A stretch of 63,387 nucleotides of DNA, counting the filler, from Reticulomyxa filosa (lineage: Eukaryota; Protista; Foraminifera): NCBI GenBank assembly GCA_000512085.1. It is 16 parts of 16 records of this genome, joined end to end, with 100 filler letters (N's around TTAATTAATTAA, not from the genome) between each part and the next. Parts side by side here need not be neighbours in the genome. Positions count along the whole stretch, not along the records: positions 36,189 to 39,225 come from ASPP01029014.1; positions 39,326 to 41,809 come from ASPP01014123.1; positions 41,910 to 44,324 come from ASPP01016640.1; positions 44,425 to 46,048 come from ASPP01017917.1; positions 46,149 to 59,490 come from ASPP01037602.1; 11 more parts are not named here. The stretch is one strand, 5' to 3'. Positions 38,235-51,737 of the stretch are shown piece by piece (the stretch's first letter is position 1; each line of letters opens with the position of its first letter). The notes under the pieces were generated by a model. It was not told where the DNA came from, did no database searches, and saw only the letters and a list, made by a program, of their open reading frames with translations. Position numbers and translations under genes: made by a program.

Positions 38235-38452
38235 GGGACGTCAGCTGCACTAAATGTAAACAAAAGTTTTCTACTCGAAGAAAACTGCTTTCGATAAAAC
38301 AATATTGAATTAACCAATAAAAGATCATAACACAATAAAAGCAAGAAAACAAAGACAAGAAGTGAAGAAAGTTGGTGAAGAAGTTTAGTCCACTGAGGGC
38401 TCCTCAAAGATTTCAGAGTTCAGCCGTCTACAGTATGGAATTGCCCTACAAG
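38235..38452 (-). repeat. Dispersed repeat, homologous to 47110-47336 (+)
   Basis: Shared collinear blocks CTTGTAGGGCAAT, CAGTGGnCTAAA, ACCAACTT, CAGCTGACGTCCCA. Confidence 0.7.
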
Positions 38453-39639
38453 ACTCACCTAAATGTATCTCAATCTTCCTCATTGTCTCTTTAAAATGAA
38501 GAATGGTTTACAAAACCAAATCATCAGTGCCTGCACAGCAAATTTGAAAAATAATAAAAAAATTTCATACAGAAAAGATCATGTACAAGTATTTCCATCA
38601 AAAAGATGTTTATTTGCTTGTAATGCAACCAACAAAATTATTTGTGTTGTTATTTCATTCAATCATCCACTCTCATAAATAATTGATCAATCCTGACACA
38701 AATTATTCATTTTCTGCTGTCTCTCAAATTTTTTTTACAAACGATTTTGAGCAATCCAGCTCAAATGAAACAACATAAATTCAAATAATATAATCGCAGT
38801 AAATATATGATAATAAAAAAATTACTCACAAATGAAAATAGCAATAGTTTCAAATTGTAGAATTCATATAAAATTCCGAACATTTTTTTGTTCTTAAAAA
38901 AAAATCCTTCTTCCCAAAAAAACTACAAGTTTTATAAAATAAATTTTATACGTTTTGGTGCAACGTGCTGAATTGTTATTCTTTTCATGTGTCTTGCTGG
39001 CGTGCAATGATTAGTATTGATCAATAAACTAAAACCTTGGAACCTCTCACCCGTCAAGTCAAACAAACGAGCAAATAAAACTGTTTTTTTGAAGCAAGTT
39101 TTACTCCATTATCCTCAATGTTTCGAAGATCTCTTTTTTGTCCTTTCGTCTTAACCTCTCTGTTCAAATGTGCATTGAATACGATATTTAATTGTTTTGT
39201 TTGATTGATAGCGTCGCTTTATCAANNNNNNNNNNNNNNNNNNNNNNNNNNNNNNNNNNNNNNNNNNNNTTAATTAATTAANNNNNNNNNNNNNNNNNNN
39301 NNNNNNNNNNNNNNNNNNNNNNNNNATTTATTATTAAAAAAACATAGTTATTTTTTTACATTTTATATATAGTAATATAATAAAATATATAATTTTAAAT
39401 TAAATTTGTGATTCGAATAACATAATATAACTTAGCTAAATTATGCATGTTAGCAATAATATGTACGTATATAGTTTAATATTACGAACTGGAAAATATT
39501 GTTGATATCTTAACTTGCAACATTAACAAAATGTACCTGCATATATATTGTGATATTTATTATACATGAAAATTATAATACTGTCTTTCTTTGTTTAAAA
39601 GAAAAAAAATAACACTGTAAAGAAAAAAGACTTTAAATT

Positions 39640-40737
39640 TTGAAGTTGATCTCATCATAAAAACCTCTGCGGCTAAAAAGCAATATTTTGCAAATTTCCA
39701 AGATCTCATCGTTAAACTTCAAAAAGTACTCTCCATTTTCATTGACGTTCCAATGCTTGCAACAGATTTCCTCAAATTGACTCAAAGTGTTTTTGTCAAT
39801 TTTAATATTTTCGTCCTTTAATTTTTCGATTTGCGACGATAGTTGCTCGATCTGATTTGTTAAACTGACAATGTTGTCTTCATTAGCAATGTATTTTTCA
39901 TCAAAACCATTTGCATTTTCTTCTTGACGAAATTTCTGATTATATCTTTTTTTTTTAATGTGTTTTTTTTTGACTGATTTTTTTTTTAAAAAAAAAAGGA
40001 GTTAACCTATAATTAGTTGCACATGACAATTGCACTTGTAAATTTTCAAATTGCTCAGTGAGTGTTTTAATTTGTGAATTGATCTGAGCATGTTTGGTTT
40101 GCTCCTTGTCGTACACCTGAGCGGCGTGAATCAAAGGGTTAACCTCGTTCATAAACTGCCTGGCATAATATAACATGTAATGACATATCAACTCGATGTC
40201 TTTGAAATCATTGATTTTGCAATTTGCAAATGCAAAGGAATTGTTTTTGTAATGGGCCATTACTTCCACTCTTTGTTCCATTGGTATCACATGCTCCGAC
40301 GAGTAGCGCAGCATTCGATGCAATATTGGCTTCATCTCTTTCAAGTAGGTGCGCATGTCCCTTATTCGGAATATGCGGTTTAGCGTAAAGATATTCATAG
40401 GATATTCAATACTCAAGTTGCACTCTGCAAATAACATTTGTCGTAACAACGGTATCACCTTTGACGGGGAGACCCTTGCTGTAGTGCCGTGGGCCTCTTT
40501 CGAGAACTTGTTTTGCTCGTATCGTGGAATTTGTAACATGTTCAGCACAGGATAATCGCGATGAAACAAATTACAAATTAACAACAAATTGTTTCGGTCG
40601 TTTGTCAAAAAGTTAAAATGGAATTTTGAGATTAATGATAACTTTGTCAGTATCTCATGAATGTCAAAAAACGAGAGAAAATACTGGCAAAACGTACTAT
40701 GAAAAAGCAATCCACCAAGTTCCAAGCTCTCGGGCAT
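39640..40737 (-). CDS. Hypothetical protein with F-box-like N-terminus and coiled-coil C-terminus; multi-exon
   Basis: FCQYFLSFFDIHEILTKLSLISK resembles an F-box; coding-like sequence continues past an intron near 39950-40005. Confidence 0.5.
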
Positions 40738-41074
40738 TGGTCGTTCAATGCGTCTCTTTTTTTTTCCCCTTCCGGGTTCACGTTTGACGACCCTTAAAAG
40801 ACGAAATTATACAAAACATTTTTTGAGAAAAGACAAGTTATGCGAAGAACAGGAAGAAAAAAAGACTTGGACACGAAACAAAAAATCAAAAAAGTAGGTT
40901 CTTGTCAACAAGTTGAAAGATAACAGCAATTTAAACAAAATCTCACCTCACTACGTCCAGTTGGAGGTATTTGTATGTATTCTTCTTTTGCGCTGCTTCC
41001 TTGTTAAGGAACCGCCACCCCCCCTTTGGTCTTAGCGTTCAGAGTAAAAAGCTCAAAAGTGAACTAAAGAAACA

Positions 41075-41780
41075 ATGGGTGCTTGTGCAAGTACATCTCC
41101 AGAAAAAATAAATGAGGAGGTCATATTTCAAAAATATAAACTCGATACAGTTAAAAATCATTTTCTGTGGAGAGTGTGACATAGTGTTTTTTTTTTTCTC
41201 TGAGGTCTTGCTTTTTTTTTTTTTTCCGTACTGACGACAAGGGGAACACTAAAAAAGTTTGTTAAGCTTGAGAGAAAAAAAAAAAAAAAAAAAACGAATT
41301 AAAACTAGACGTGTTTAGAAAAATGGACAACAGAGCAAGTGTATCAGTGGATCTTGCACTGTGAAAACGGGCAATTGAGACACACAGCAAAGCGATTTAA
41401 GAAAGAGCAAATAGATGGATCGTTGTTGCTGTTGATAACGGAGAACCATTTGGAAAACGAATTGAAAATGAAAGATGGACAAGATCGGTCTAAGTTTCAA
41501 AAGGCGTTGACAGAATTAAGTAATCGAATGGAACTATCGAAAAGCAAAAGCGCAAATGAATCACAGCAAATGGACAAAAGAAGCAGTTGGACCAAAAAAA
41601 TGTTAATTGACGTGGACGGCATGGAACATGAGAAAAAAAACAAGCAATGGGGAATGGACAGTAATAATAATCCCCACAATACTGACAATAGTGAATACCT
41701 GAGTCTGAGTGCAAGTCGAATTACTCATGAGTATTCCTCATTTCATGGCGGGGTTTCTTTTCAAAACCCATCCAATTTAT
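41075..41780 (+). CDS. SAM-domain protein with N-myristoylation/palmitoylation signal; 3' end cut
   Basis: First exon MGACAST; second exon WTTEQVYQWI..FKKEQIDGSLLLLITENHLENELKM is a SAM domain. Confidence 0.72.
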
Positions 41781-41909
41781 CAGTTTTTTTTTTTTTTTTT
41801 TTTTTTTTANNNNNNNNNNNNNNNNNNNNNNNNNNNNNNNNNNNNNNNNNNNNTTAATTAATTAANNNNNNNNNNNNNNNNNNNNNNNNNNNNNNNNNNN
41901 NNNNNNNNN

Positions 41910-41947
<38 letters not shown>

Positions 41948-41957
41948 ATTATTATTG

Positions 41958-43744
41958 TTATTTTAACTTTTGTAAATTTTTTTGTGTTTGCCTTAACACA
42001 TCGATGGTTAGACTTAAATCGGTGCCATTGACGAGCTGAAAGTTCATCAAATGTTTCATCTTCAATAACAGGTCTTTGATGGCTCCAGGAAACTTTAGAG
42101 GCAATTGCAACAGGCCGTGCACTAGTGAGTAATGCTCGTCCTTGGGGATACCCTCCACACTCGCTTTCGCATGCTCACATGCACGTGCGTGCTCGATTTC
42201 AACGGTACCACTTCGTGGCTCCAATTGCGAACGAGTGTTCATGTCCTCGCGAAGACACGTGTTGGTACTGACATTGGCGTACTCCAACAAGCATTGCGGG
42301 ATTTCGCATTCTCGAATGAACGTGCCCAAAGCTCCTTGTCTCGAAAACACGTTGAGACACTCTTCGACATGTGCGGCATATCTTTTTTTTTTTTTTTTTT
42401 TTCCTCCAATTTTATATGTAATGTATAAAGAGGAGAAAAAGAGTCAGATAAAGTTGATACGTCAGCACTCAACTCGACATGCAAGTTAAATAAGGGTTGA
42501 TAGATGCGAAACAGTCGACCGATTCTTGCATAATCTTTGTCATCCAATGTGGTTTGTTCACCAGAGTCATGACGTCGATGCCTTGTACTACTGACACCAC
42601 AAATACGCAATATTTTTAACAAATCACATAGGAAAGAACACAATATTGTATGTGCATGTGAGTGCATGTAAATACACGTGCGCATGTGTGTGTGTGTGTA
42701 AATATATATGTATATAACCTGTAAGGAACGTGTTCAAAAGACATGGTTTCATCCAGTGACTCTTCTCCAATAGGATGGCGTATGTCAAGCATGTCATGTC
42801 CGCAGACGTGGTCATTATCTTGTTCCTCGTCATCGTCATCCTCGTAGTCGGCAACCTTCCAAATGATTTCCTTCAATTCGGACTTCAAAGTCAGTAAGCC
42901 GTCGATGATTTGCTCTAGTGTGTGTAGTGCAATCACCGCCCCATATTTCATCGCCTTGCACTTGCTCAATGCGTTCAACACCAGCGCTTGGTGCTGGTCC
43001 TCGGAACTTGCATCGCTCGGTACTGTGCTGTCCATTGTCCGTCGTCCGTTATTACCTTTCTTTTGAAATCGACATACTTTTATATCTTTTCGATTGTCAA
43101 CATATATATATATATATATATATGTATATATGTTTGTAGATTACTCCTTTTTTTTTATCTTTCCAAAAAACATAAAGTCAAAAAGATAAGAAAAGCAGAA
43201 ACTGTCAATATAAAATTTGTTATTTTGAACAATATCAAGCAAAGGTCTTCCAAATACTTCCAACAAGAAAGACAATTTGAAAAGGTAATCATGCACATGC
43301 TGGTAAATGAGGTATTGAATGGGTGGTATTTCTGGCTGATGATGATGACGATGATGATGATGATGATGATGATAATGATGACGATGGTGATGATGTGTGA
43401 TATTAGTAGGTTGATGAAAATGACTGCGACTGGGAGTCTCCATGACAATAGGGCCATCGCTTTGGTCGGTCGTTTGTGGCGTTTCAAAGACGTCGAAAGT
43501 GTTTAGCGAGTCGTCCAACGTATACAAGGCGGAGGAAGTGTGATCATGGCGTGTGTTCGTTCGGGTGATCATTAGTGTCCGATTCGAATGGAGTTGTTTC
43601 GTCGAAGTCGGGTCCATACACGGATTGGATGAAAGAGACAAACTGGGCTCCGACGTTAACGACGAATATTTGCGCAACGTCACTGTTGTTTGCATTTTTT
43701 CATTATATGGAATAAAATGGACAATATTACTGTTATTTTCATTT

Positions 43745-43782
<38 letters not shown>

Positions 43783-44160
43783 GTGATTGAGATTCGTACT
43801 CTCCTTATCATTGTCATTACTGTCAACATTTGCTTCATGAATTGTGTTTTCAATAATGGAAAAACGCTTATTATTATTATTATTATGGACACATTCTTTA
43901 CACACACGTTTGAGTTTGTTGTGCGTCAATTTCCGTCGCTCACTGCTGCACGAGTTGCAAACCAAACGTCCGCAGCTGCGACAGTGATGACGGCGATTTA
44001 ACAATGTAAACGTGGCGTGACAAATCATGCATTGACTGCTGCTCACATCTGGAGCCCAGTGGGGCGCAAGTGACGCCTCTCCATTCACCTCCGAGGCCAA
44101 CGAGGTCAATATGGGGGTAGGGTCGCGGATTTTTTTCGTTAATGTGTTGTCAATCGTCAC
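41958..44160 (-). CDS. FYVE zinc finger + probable RhoGEF (DH) domain protein, multi-exon, partial
   Basis: WAPD..CMIC..FTLLNRRHHCRSCGRLVCNSCS..RVCKEC is canonical FYVE; later exons (YLFKLSFLLEVFGRPL, IGRLF, GLLQLPL..LLL) resemble DH. Confidence 0.75.
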
Positions 44161-44424
44161 TTCTACAAAAAAAAAAAAAAAAAAAAGGGAGCATCTTTTT
44201 GTTTGTTTGTTTGTTTGTTTTGTCTTATATCAATCAAAAACAAACACACAAACTTTGTAAACAATCATTGTCATAATAATGGTTACGACAGCCCTCTTCG
44301 TCATTATTATCATTATTGTCATTANNNNNNNNNNNNNNNNNNNNNNNNNNNNNNNNNNNNNNNNNNNNTTAATTAATTAANNNNNNNNNNNNNNNNNNNN
44401 NNNNNNNNNNNNNNNNNNNNNNNN

Positions 44425-45189
44425 TTCATCATATTCAATTGATAATCCTGTATTTCTACAAAATAACAACATTTCATAATTTTGTTTATTTTCTTGATTT
44501 GTTTTCATCATTTCTTGTACTTGTTCATTTTTTAATTTTGATACAAAGCAATGAAATTGAATATGATTAATTGGTAATTTATCATGTTTAATAAATTGAA
44601 ATGTATTTAAATTAAACACACTAATATTATTTTTATGATAAGTGATAAATAATAAATTATTCTTGATTCCACCAATTAATGCACGCGCTCCTTGATAAAT
44701 ATGACATTGACCTTCTCCAATAATAATTGGATGATTATTATTGTCTGTGAAAGGAATCCATTGATTGCAATTGTTTAATTTATTCATTTCATTTTTATCA
44801 TCACTCCAAACACTTATATATTTCATCATCAATGTATATCTTTTCCTACCTTTAGCTCCACCAAAAGACAATAAAGTGATTTGATTATTGTCTTTGTCTT
44901 TGTTATTGTTACTGTTACTATCTAGCAGTTTCAATACACAGTGTTCAATTAATTTAACATGACTTGGATACTCACAGATAAATTTGTATTCATTTTTGAG
45001 TATATGATAAGAATAACAAGCTCTTTGATTATAACCTCCACAAATGATGAGTTCATGTTTGTGTAGCACACATTGAGATTGTTTAAGTGGAGTGGGCAAC
45101 TCCTTCAAAGTTTGAAAGTGGGTAGTAATCTGTTGACTTTGTTCAGTTTCTCTTTTTTGAGAGTTTTGAGTTGTAGTTTGCTTGGACAT
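44425..45189 (-). CDS. Kelch-repeat protein, 3' end cut
   Basis: HELIICGG, CYSYH, HCVLKL, LLSFGG, GARALIGG, FHCFV. Confidence 0.88.
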
Positions 45190-47109
45190 GTTGTTGATGT
45201 TTAGGAAGTTTTTTTTTTTTTTTTAGTTGAAAAAGGAGCTGTGGCCTGACCCCCTTTTTTGACTTTTCTTCATTGATATTTTTTATTTGTTTTAAACATA
45301 ATAATTTAAGCAACGAAAATTGAAATGCGTGAAAGATTGAATTATTGAATTATTGTATCGAAAAATTTAAATGAAAAAGTAAATACTAAATCAAAGGCTG
45401 AGATTGTGACAGTCTTTGAATAATGAAAATATCGGAAAACATATGGATGTTGTATTTTTTTTATTTTAAAAAAAAATTAGTTATTAAGAAACTTGAAATG
45501 ATTTATACTTGTGTGTAACTGAACTGTACAAAATCATTATCTTTTTTTTTTTAGTGAAATTTAAAAAAAACAGAATTCTATGATCATTTCTTTGTATTAT
45601 GAAATGATTGGAGTTTTTAATGATGTAAAACTTTTTGTAAAGTTATGCAACTTGTAAATCCCTGTGTAAATTATCTATTGTTTATTTTATTTTAATTCAT
45701 GCAAATGTATCTTTGAAAAATATCAAATCCAGGTTAAAATAGATTTCATCTTGATCAAAACAATTATGCATAATATATATATATAATCAAATGCATTTCT
45801 TACATATTTTGACTTGTACTTCCATTAATTGGAGCGATTTCAAAAAAAATATTGTTTTTTTTTTATGAATTAAATAAAATTAGATTAAATTTGTTTCTTT
45901 CAACAAAGTTATACTCCTGCATTCCATTCTTTTGGAGGAATATACAAAAATAATTTTAAAACTTTAAAATAGTATTTGGAAAAATATCAATTCTATTTTA
46001 TTGTAGAATATGGATCTGGTGAAGAGCTTAAAACATTTGAACCGCAATNNNNNNNNNNNNNNNNNNNNNNNNNNNNNNNNNNNNNNNNNNNNTTAATTAA
46101 TTAANNNNNNNNNNNNNNNNNNNNNNNNNNNNNNNNNNNNNNNNNNNNAATATATGTTTTAGGCGTTCAGTTTTCTTTGCAAACTACTGTATAATCAACT
46201 TTAAAACGTTCCAAATGTAAGCTGCCCAACAATGAGCCAGTGCATATGCATACACTATGTCCAATAACAAAGCAATATCAACAAGCTTTATCAATCGATC
46301 ATTTACTTTATCGATAATTTGCCAATGTATAATAACAACTGGAAAAATTGTTTGCTGTGTCTTCTTTCACATGGACTAGAAACTCATGGTGGAAAATAGC
46401 AGTAAAAGGGCGTTTTTGACATCATAAATAGCATTTGGTTCAAAGTCAACATATTTATCTTGTTTGTTATAATTAAACGGAAAAACGAAATGCCAACGGA
46501 ATACTTAGCTGCAAGGTTCGATGGGCAAATTGGCCAATGCCTGTTTCTTCAAAGAAGACTTTAAAAGAGTCATCTTTTCATTAGCTATCTTTATTGTTAC
46601 TTACTTGCTTGTTCACAGATGGCGTTACCTAGTCGTATACTGGCTTGGCCGACCTCAATTGTGATAACTTTTATATTTTTTTTTAAAATTTACCAAACAA
46701 CAAAAAATGACACAAGAACTTGAACAGAAAAACAAAAGTTCTATGTTCAAATCAAAACAACACTTGAGCCTTCCCCGTTGGTACTTTACAACAAAACTGT
46801 GTTCCAAAAAAAAGTTTGTTCAACAAATAAAAACTTCAAAAAAAATATCCAAAAAATATGAACATATCCTTAAAATTTGGACTAAAGTTTTTCAAGTGGG
46901 GACCAAATTTGGAGTGCTAAAGCGTTTTGCGCTGTATGCACCCTGCCACATCGAACCAGTTAAATATCTTTTTTTTTCTCAGTAAAAAAATCTTCTAACA
47001 TGGGCCAAATGAACAATTTTTCATGACCTACATTTTTATTAAGGATGAAATATATTTTTTAGATTCACCAGGGCGTGTAGATATAATTCAAAAAAATTTT
47101 GAAATTCCA

Positions 47110-47336
47110 CTTGTAGGGCAATGCCCTATAAATATCTGAATGTTGAAGGAACCTGGAAGTCCCCAGTGGGCTAAAACTCCTCAACCAACTTCACTTACTC
47201 TTTTGCTTTGTTGTCTTCTTTGGTTGCGTTATTCATCTTTCTTTTATTTAATTTACTTTTGTTTTATCGAACATTGGTTTCTTGAGCAAAACCATTTTCG
47301 TATTACATTTAGTACAACTCTCCAGCTGACGTCCCA
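47110..47336 (+). repeat. Dispersed repeat, homologous to 38235-38452 (-)
   Basis: Same shared blocks as the partner copy. Confidence 0.7.
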
Positions 47337-47799
47337 CACACTTATGGAAAATTACGTTTTTTAGTGTTCGTAGGGTTCTCTTTACTGAAATCTTTTTTTT
47401 TGCTGTCAATTATATATTCATTGAGAAGTAGGACAGTCACAAAATCGTATGCTTTCTAATCCGATGAATCACGTGATAGACTTTGGAGTAGACATGTGTT
47501 ACAACTTATAAAACGACTTTTGACGTGTACAACAGGTCTTAAGCTTAACGAACACCGAAACGCTGTTTAACTACAGCTTCGGCAATTATATGTGTATTTG
47601 CTACATATGACAACAACATTCTGTCGTTTTCATTATAAGTCTGATTATCCCAATTTCAACACATACTCGGAATGTATCTACCAAAAAAAAAGAAAATTTT
47701 TTTGAATGATGTATAGATCATTTTTTTTTGGGGGAAAAAAAGATGGTATTTGTAGGTCGACCATTAATTTATACAAGAATATTTATACTTAATTTTTTT

Positions 47800-48631
47800 T
47801 TTTACAAACAAACAAAAAAAAGTGAACCAAAGTAAAACATACAAAGGCGTATTAAGCCAATGAACCAAACCAATAAACGAACAAGCAGACACTGGCTGAT
47901 AAGAAAATAAAGAGTGAAGTTACTCAAGGTTTGTCTTCCAGTAATAGGGCGCTCCCTTGCGTCTCTTTTGAAAACTTTTGAAAAGTATACGTGATGTAAA
48001 TTTTGGCACATCGTGATGGCAAAATTATGAGCAATACAATACCGACAATGATGCAAGCGGTAGTATCTTTGTAGAGTTCTGTAATCATCAACACGCGAAC
48101 TATCAAGAACAGCACTAGCGATATGCAACTAGACAACGCGCATAATCGGATCATGTTTTTTGGTGTTGATTGGATGGCATATGACCTCATCCAAGCAAGA
48201 ATACATGCGTCCAATATGAACCTATTCATATGTTTTTCATTATCAGTCTTTTTTGGGTTTTTTTTTCTCTCTTCGTTCCCTTTTGGTCCTGTCTTTGCAA
48301 AGAACATTTCTTTTTTTTAATGTAACTTCGTCAACACAAAAAACGTGGGGAAATACAACAAATTAATACAAAATGCAAACAAAATTTACCATGCTGCAGG
48401 GATAATCTGGAGCGGGGTGGTGTTTGTTTTGTCCATATAATACTCCACAAACTGCACAATACCTGCAATAAGGTCTGTGATAATAAACCGAATAAAAATT
48501 TTCCGAAACACATCTTCTGAATATTTGTGCATATTAGACGCAAAAATAAGAATACGGCACATTATTTTTCGTGATTTTTGATGATGGCTTTGAACTGATT
48601 CTTTTTTACGTAGTTTTTTCTTGAAGTACAA
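47800..48631 (-). CDS. Multi-pass membrane protein, multi-exon, family not recognised
   Basis: Hydrophobic helices in ORFs 48386-48631 and 47924-48307. Confidence 0.45.
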
Positions 48632-48914
48632 ACAAAACAGTTCGCTTGTGCGTTTATTTGTGTGATAAACACAGCTTTTTATAATTACATCAAAAGCGGA
48701 ACATTCAAGTCATGGTATTGCAAAATACCTAAAATGCTATCTTAAACTTTGCGATGCTTTTAATACAAAAAACCAATAAAGTGCAGAGTTTTTTGAGATA
48801 GCAATATATCGTGGCTGTTTTGGCTTGTCAAACTCTTCTGTAGTTTTCTGCAACAAGCAAGCAATTGCAAAAAAAAAAATTAATTTACTGAAAGCACGTG
48901 TGTGCATATTAATA

Positions 48915-51214
48915 TCAAAGCGCTGTCCAGACTCGAATTATATTTCCTGAACAGAACGACACAATAGCATCGCCATCTGGCGAAACGTCTGTCCCACATA
49001 TATAGTACTGGTGTTCCCCTAATTTTTGTACTTCTACTCCTAATCTGACATCCCACAGGCTAATCCCTTTATTATACAAGAAAATAGTTTGTCCATCCGG
49101 AAAAAATTGCAAATTTGACAGGTTTACAGCTATATTCAACGTCTTAATCTGCGTCATTGACATTACGTCCCAAATTTGTACGCTGTCGTAGGACCAAAAC
49201 GCAATATAGCGGCCGTCTGGAGAAAGCTTTGAATATGAATCGCATTTAAATTCCTGTTTGACATCCGATGTCACGTTCCAAATTTCAATTCGACTGTAAT
49301 TAAATAACAATATGATATGTTGGCTGTCTGGTGAAAAACGTGCACGCGATATTTCTTCAGTCACGACAAAATGTCTTAACAGTAGTCCGGACTTTACGTC
49401 CCACAATCGAATTGGTTCATCGCGTGAAGAAGACAAAATAGTTTTTCCATCAGGTGAAAACTGCACATTACTTACACTTTTTTGGTGTCCTTTTAATTGT
49501 CTAATTTCAGTGTTTGAGTTTACATCCCAAATTTGGATAGTATTGCCTGAGGCAACTGCAATAAGTTTGCCATCAGGCGAAAAGTTAAAATCTTGAATAT
49601 GTTGTAAGTTTTCTTTCCACACTTGTGGACCCTTTCCTAGCTGCCATTCCCATATCAGAACAGTATCATTTATTATAATAATTTTGCTACCATCTGGTGA
49701 AAATTTTACATGACGAACTTTGGAAGAACAAACCGTTGATGGTTTAAAATACTTCATCTATTTTTTTTTGATTTGAATATAGTGCATTAAAAAACTAGCA
49801 TTAAAAAAAAACAAAATAAAACCATTTTTACCAAAATATATCTCGCAATGATATTGTCAAATTCATCAATCCATCCAATTTTAATGGATAACGTACGAAT
49901 CCAATGATTAACTATCATTTCGGTTTCTTTTTTCATCTTATTGTATTTGTTTGTTTGTTTTTTTGTTTTTTTTTTGAGTATTTTATTTCATCACTCTTTT
50001 TTTTTTTTTTTTTTCCAACGAATTAAATGAAAAAGAATGAAAGAAAAGAGATAGAGCCCTAACATTGATCTTTTGGAAATCAAAATCTTCTTTTGGCATG
50101 TCGACATCTTTTCGAATCTCCTCAATGTCATTTTTTTCTTTTTCTTCAAAGGCCCACCGTCTTTCTGTTTCTGTCGAATCTTCCATCCATTCCTTTACTT
50201 TCGTTCTCAGATGCAATTTTATTGAAAGCAAGCCAGAGTATCCTCCGACAATGTGCACATATGTGTTGTCCTCGTTCGGCACCCCAAAACAATCCGTCAT
50301 GGAAATAGAGGCAGTTTGTTCAAACTGCCTCCATTTATTTTCTGTTATTGAGTACTTGTGCACAAGTTTGGAAGAATGGAGTCGGGAATCATCTCCGCCA
50401 AAAAAGAGGATCACATTATTTATAGCCACGTAAGCATACGAACAAAACGGCCTGATTGTGCTACATACACGAATAGAATGGAATTGAAAGGTATTATTGC
50501 TTTCATCATAAGATATGAATAGCCCAGTTTTGTTGCAAAACAACAGCATTTGTTGATTCGAATTCTCATTTCCTGCATCAATTTCATTTGCAAATTTTGT
50601 CACAAAACAGTGATATCTATCTCCTCATTAATTGGTAATATCTCATGTTTTACATATTCCAATGTTGTTAAATCAAACACATCAATATTCTTTGGATAAT
50701 AAGTGATAAACAACAAATTCTTCTTTCTGCCTCCAATCACTGCACGCGCTCCAAAAAAATCATCTCCTTTTCTTCCAATTGTCACGGGTTTTTTATCACT
50801 ACCTATCAAAGGGGTCCATTCATTCCATTCACTTTCTTGTTTGATTTCTTTCCTGTTCTTATTTTCATCCCAAACGCTCATGTATTTCATCACCAATGTA
50901 TGTCTTATAATTTCTCTAGATCCTCCAAAAGATAATAAAGTAATGGCATTTGGATTGTTGTCATCCACCATCTTTACCACACAGTGACCACGCAATACAG
51001 TGTCATCTGGATAATAACAAATACGCTTGTACTCATCTTTATGTGTGTCGTACGAATAGCAATTTACATTCGTACGTCCTCCACAAATTAGAATTTCGTG
51101 CTTGTATTGCACACACTGGGCAAGGCAAAAATTGCACGGTAGAGAAACCAAGGTTTCAAAGGAGATTTTCGTGGATTTGTCTGCTGTTTCAACTTTCATG
51201 CCATTTGAATTCAT
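48915..51214 (-). CDS. Kelch-repeat + HWIR linker + WD40-repeat fusion protein; exons ~51214-50064 (1-nt frameshift ~50618), 49936-49832, 49757-48915
   Basis: Phase-0 GT-AG introns 50063-49937 and 49831-49758 join ..FQKIN|MKKETEMIVNHWIRTLSIKIGWIDEFDNIIARYIL|MKYFKP..; YHCFV is restored by one added base. Confidence 0.82.
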
Positions 51215-51737
51215 CTCAAATAAAAAAACAAAACACAAATTTAATTTACTAGTTATAATTTGAATTTTTTTTTTTTAAAAGCTGTTTCTTACAACAACCT
51301 TTTTTCAATTAGTGTATGCATCTTGCAGCACATATCTTTTTAAACATCATTTACGTCAAAAAGAACTAAAAAGATGTTGTAAGGCACACACACACAAAAA
51401 AATAGAGCAAAATGAATTTGTTCATATCATTTCAACTCGTACTATTTTGGAAGAGCAAACTGAGCCAAAAAAAAATAGGACATAATATTAGTATAGCCAC
51501 ATTAAGAAGCAATTTCAGTGAAAAACTGGTTCGTTTTGGTCCTCGCGAAGGCACATGCACGAACTGAATTTTCTATCTTCTCCAAATATTGTCAAACACT
51601 CATGTTAGAAATAAGAGACGATATGAACAGTTGGCTTGAGGTTTGCTCTATTTTTGTCTATTCATCAATCCTGTAAAACACACATTTGCAACTTGTGTTG
51701 GCGAGAAAAAAAAAAGAAAAAGACAAACAGTAAGACT

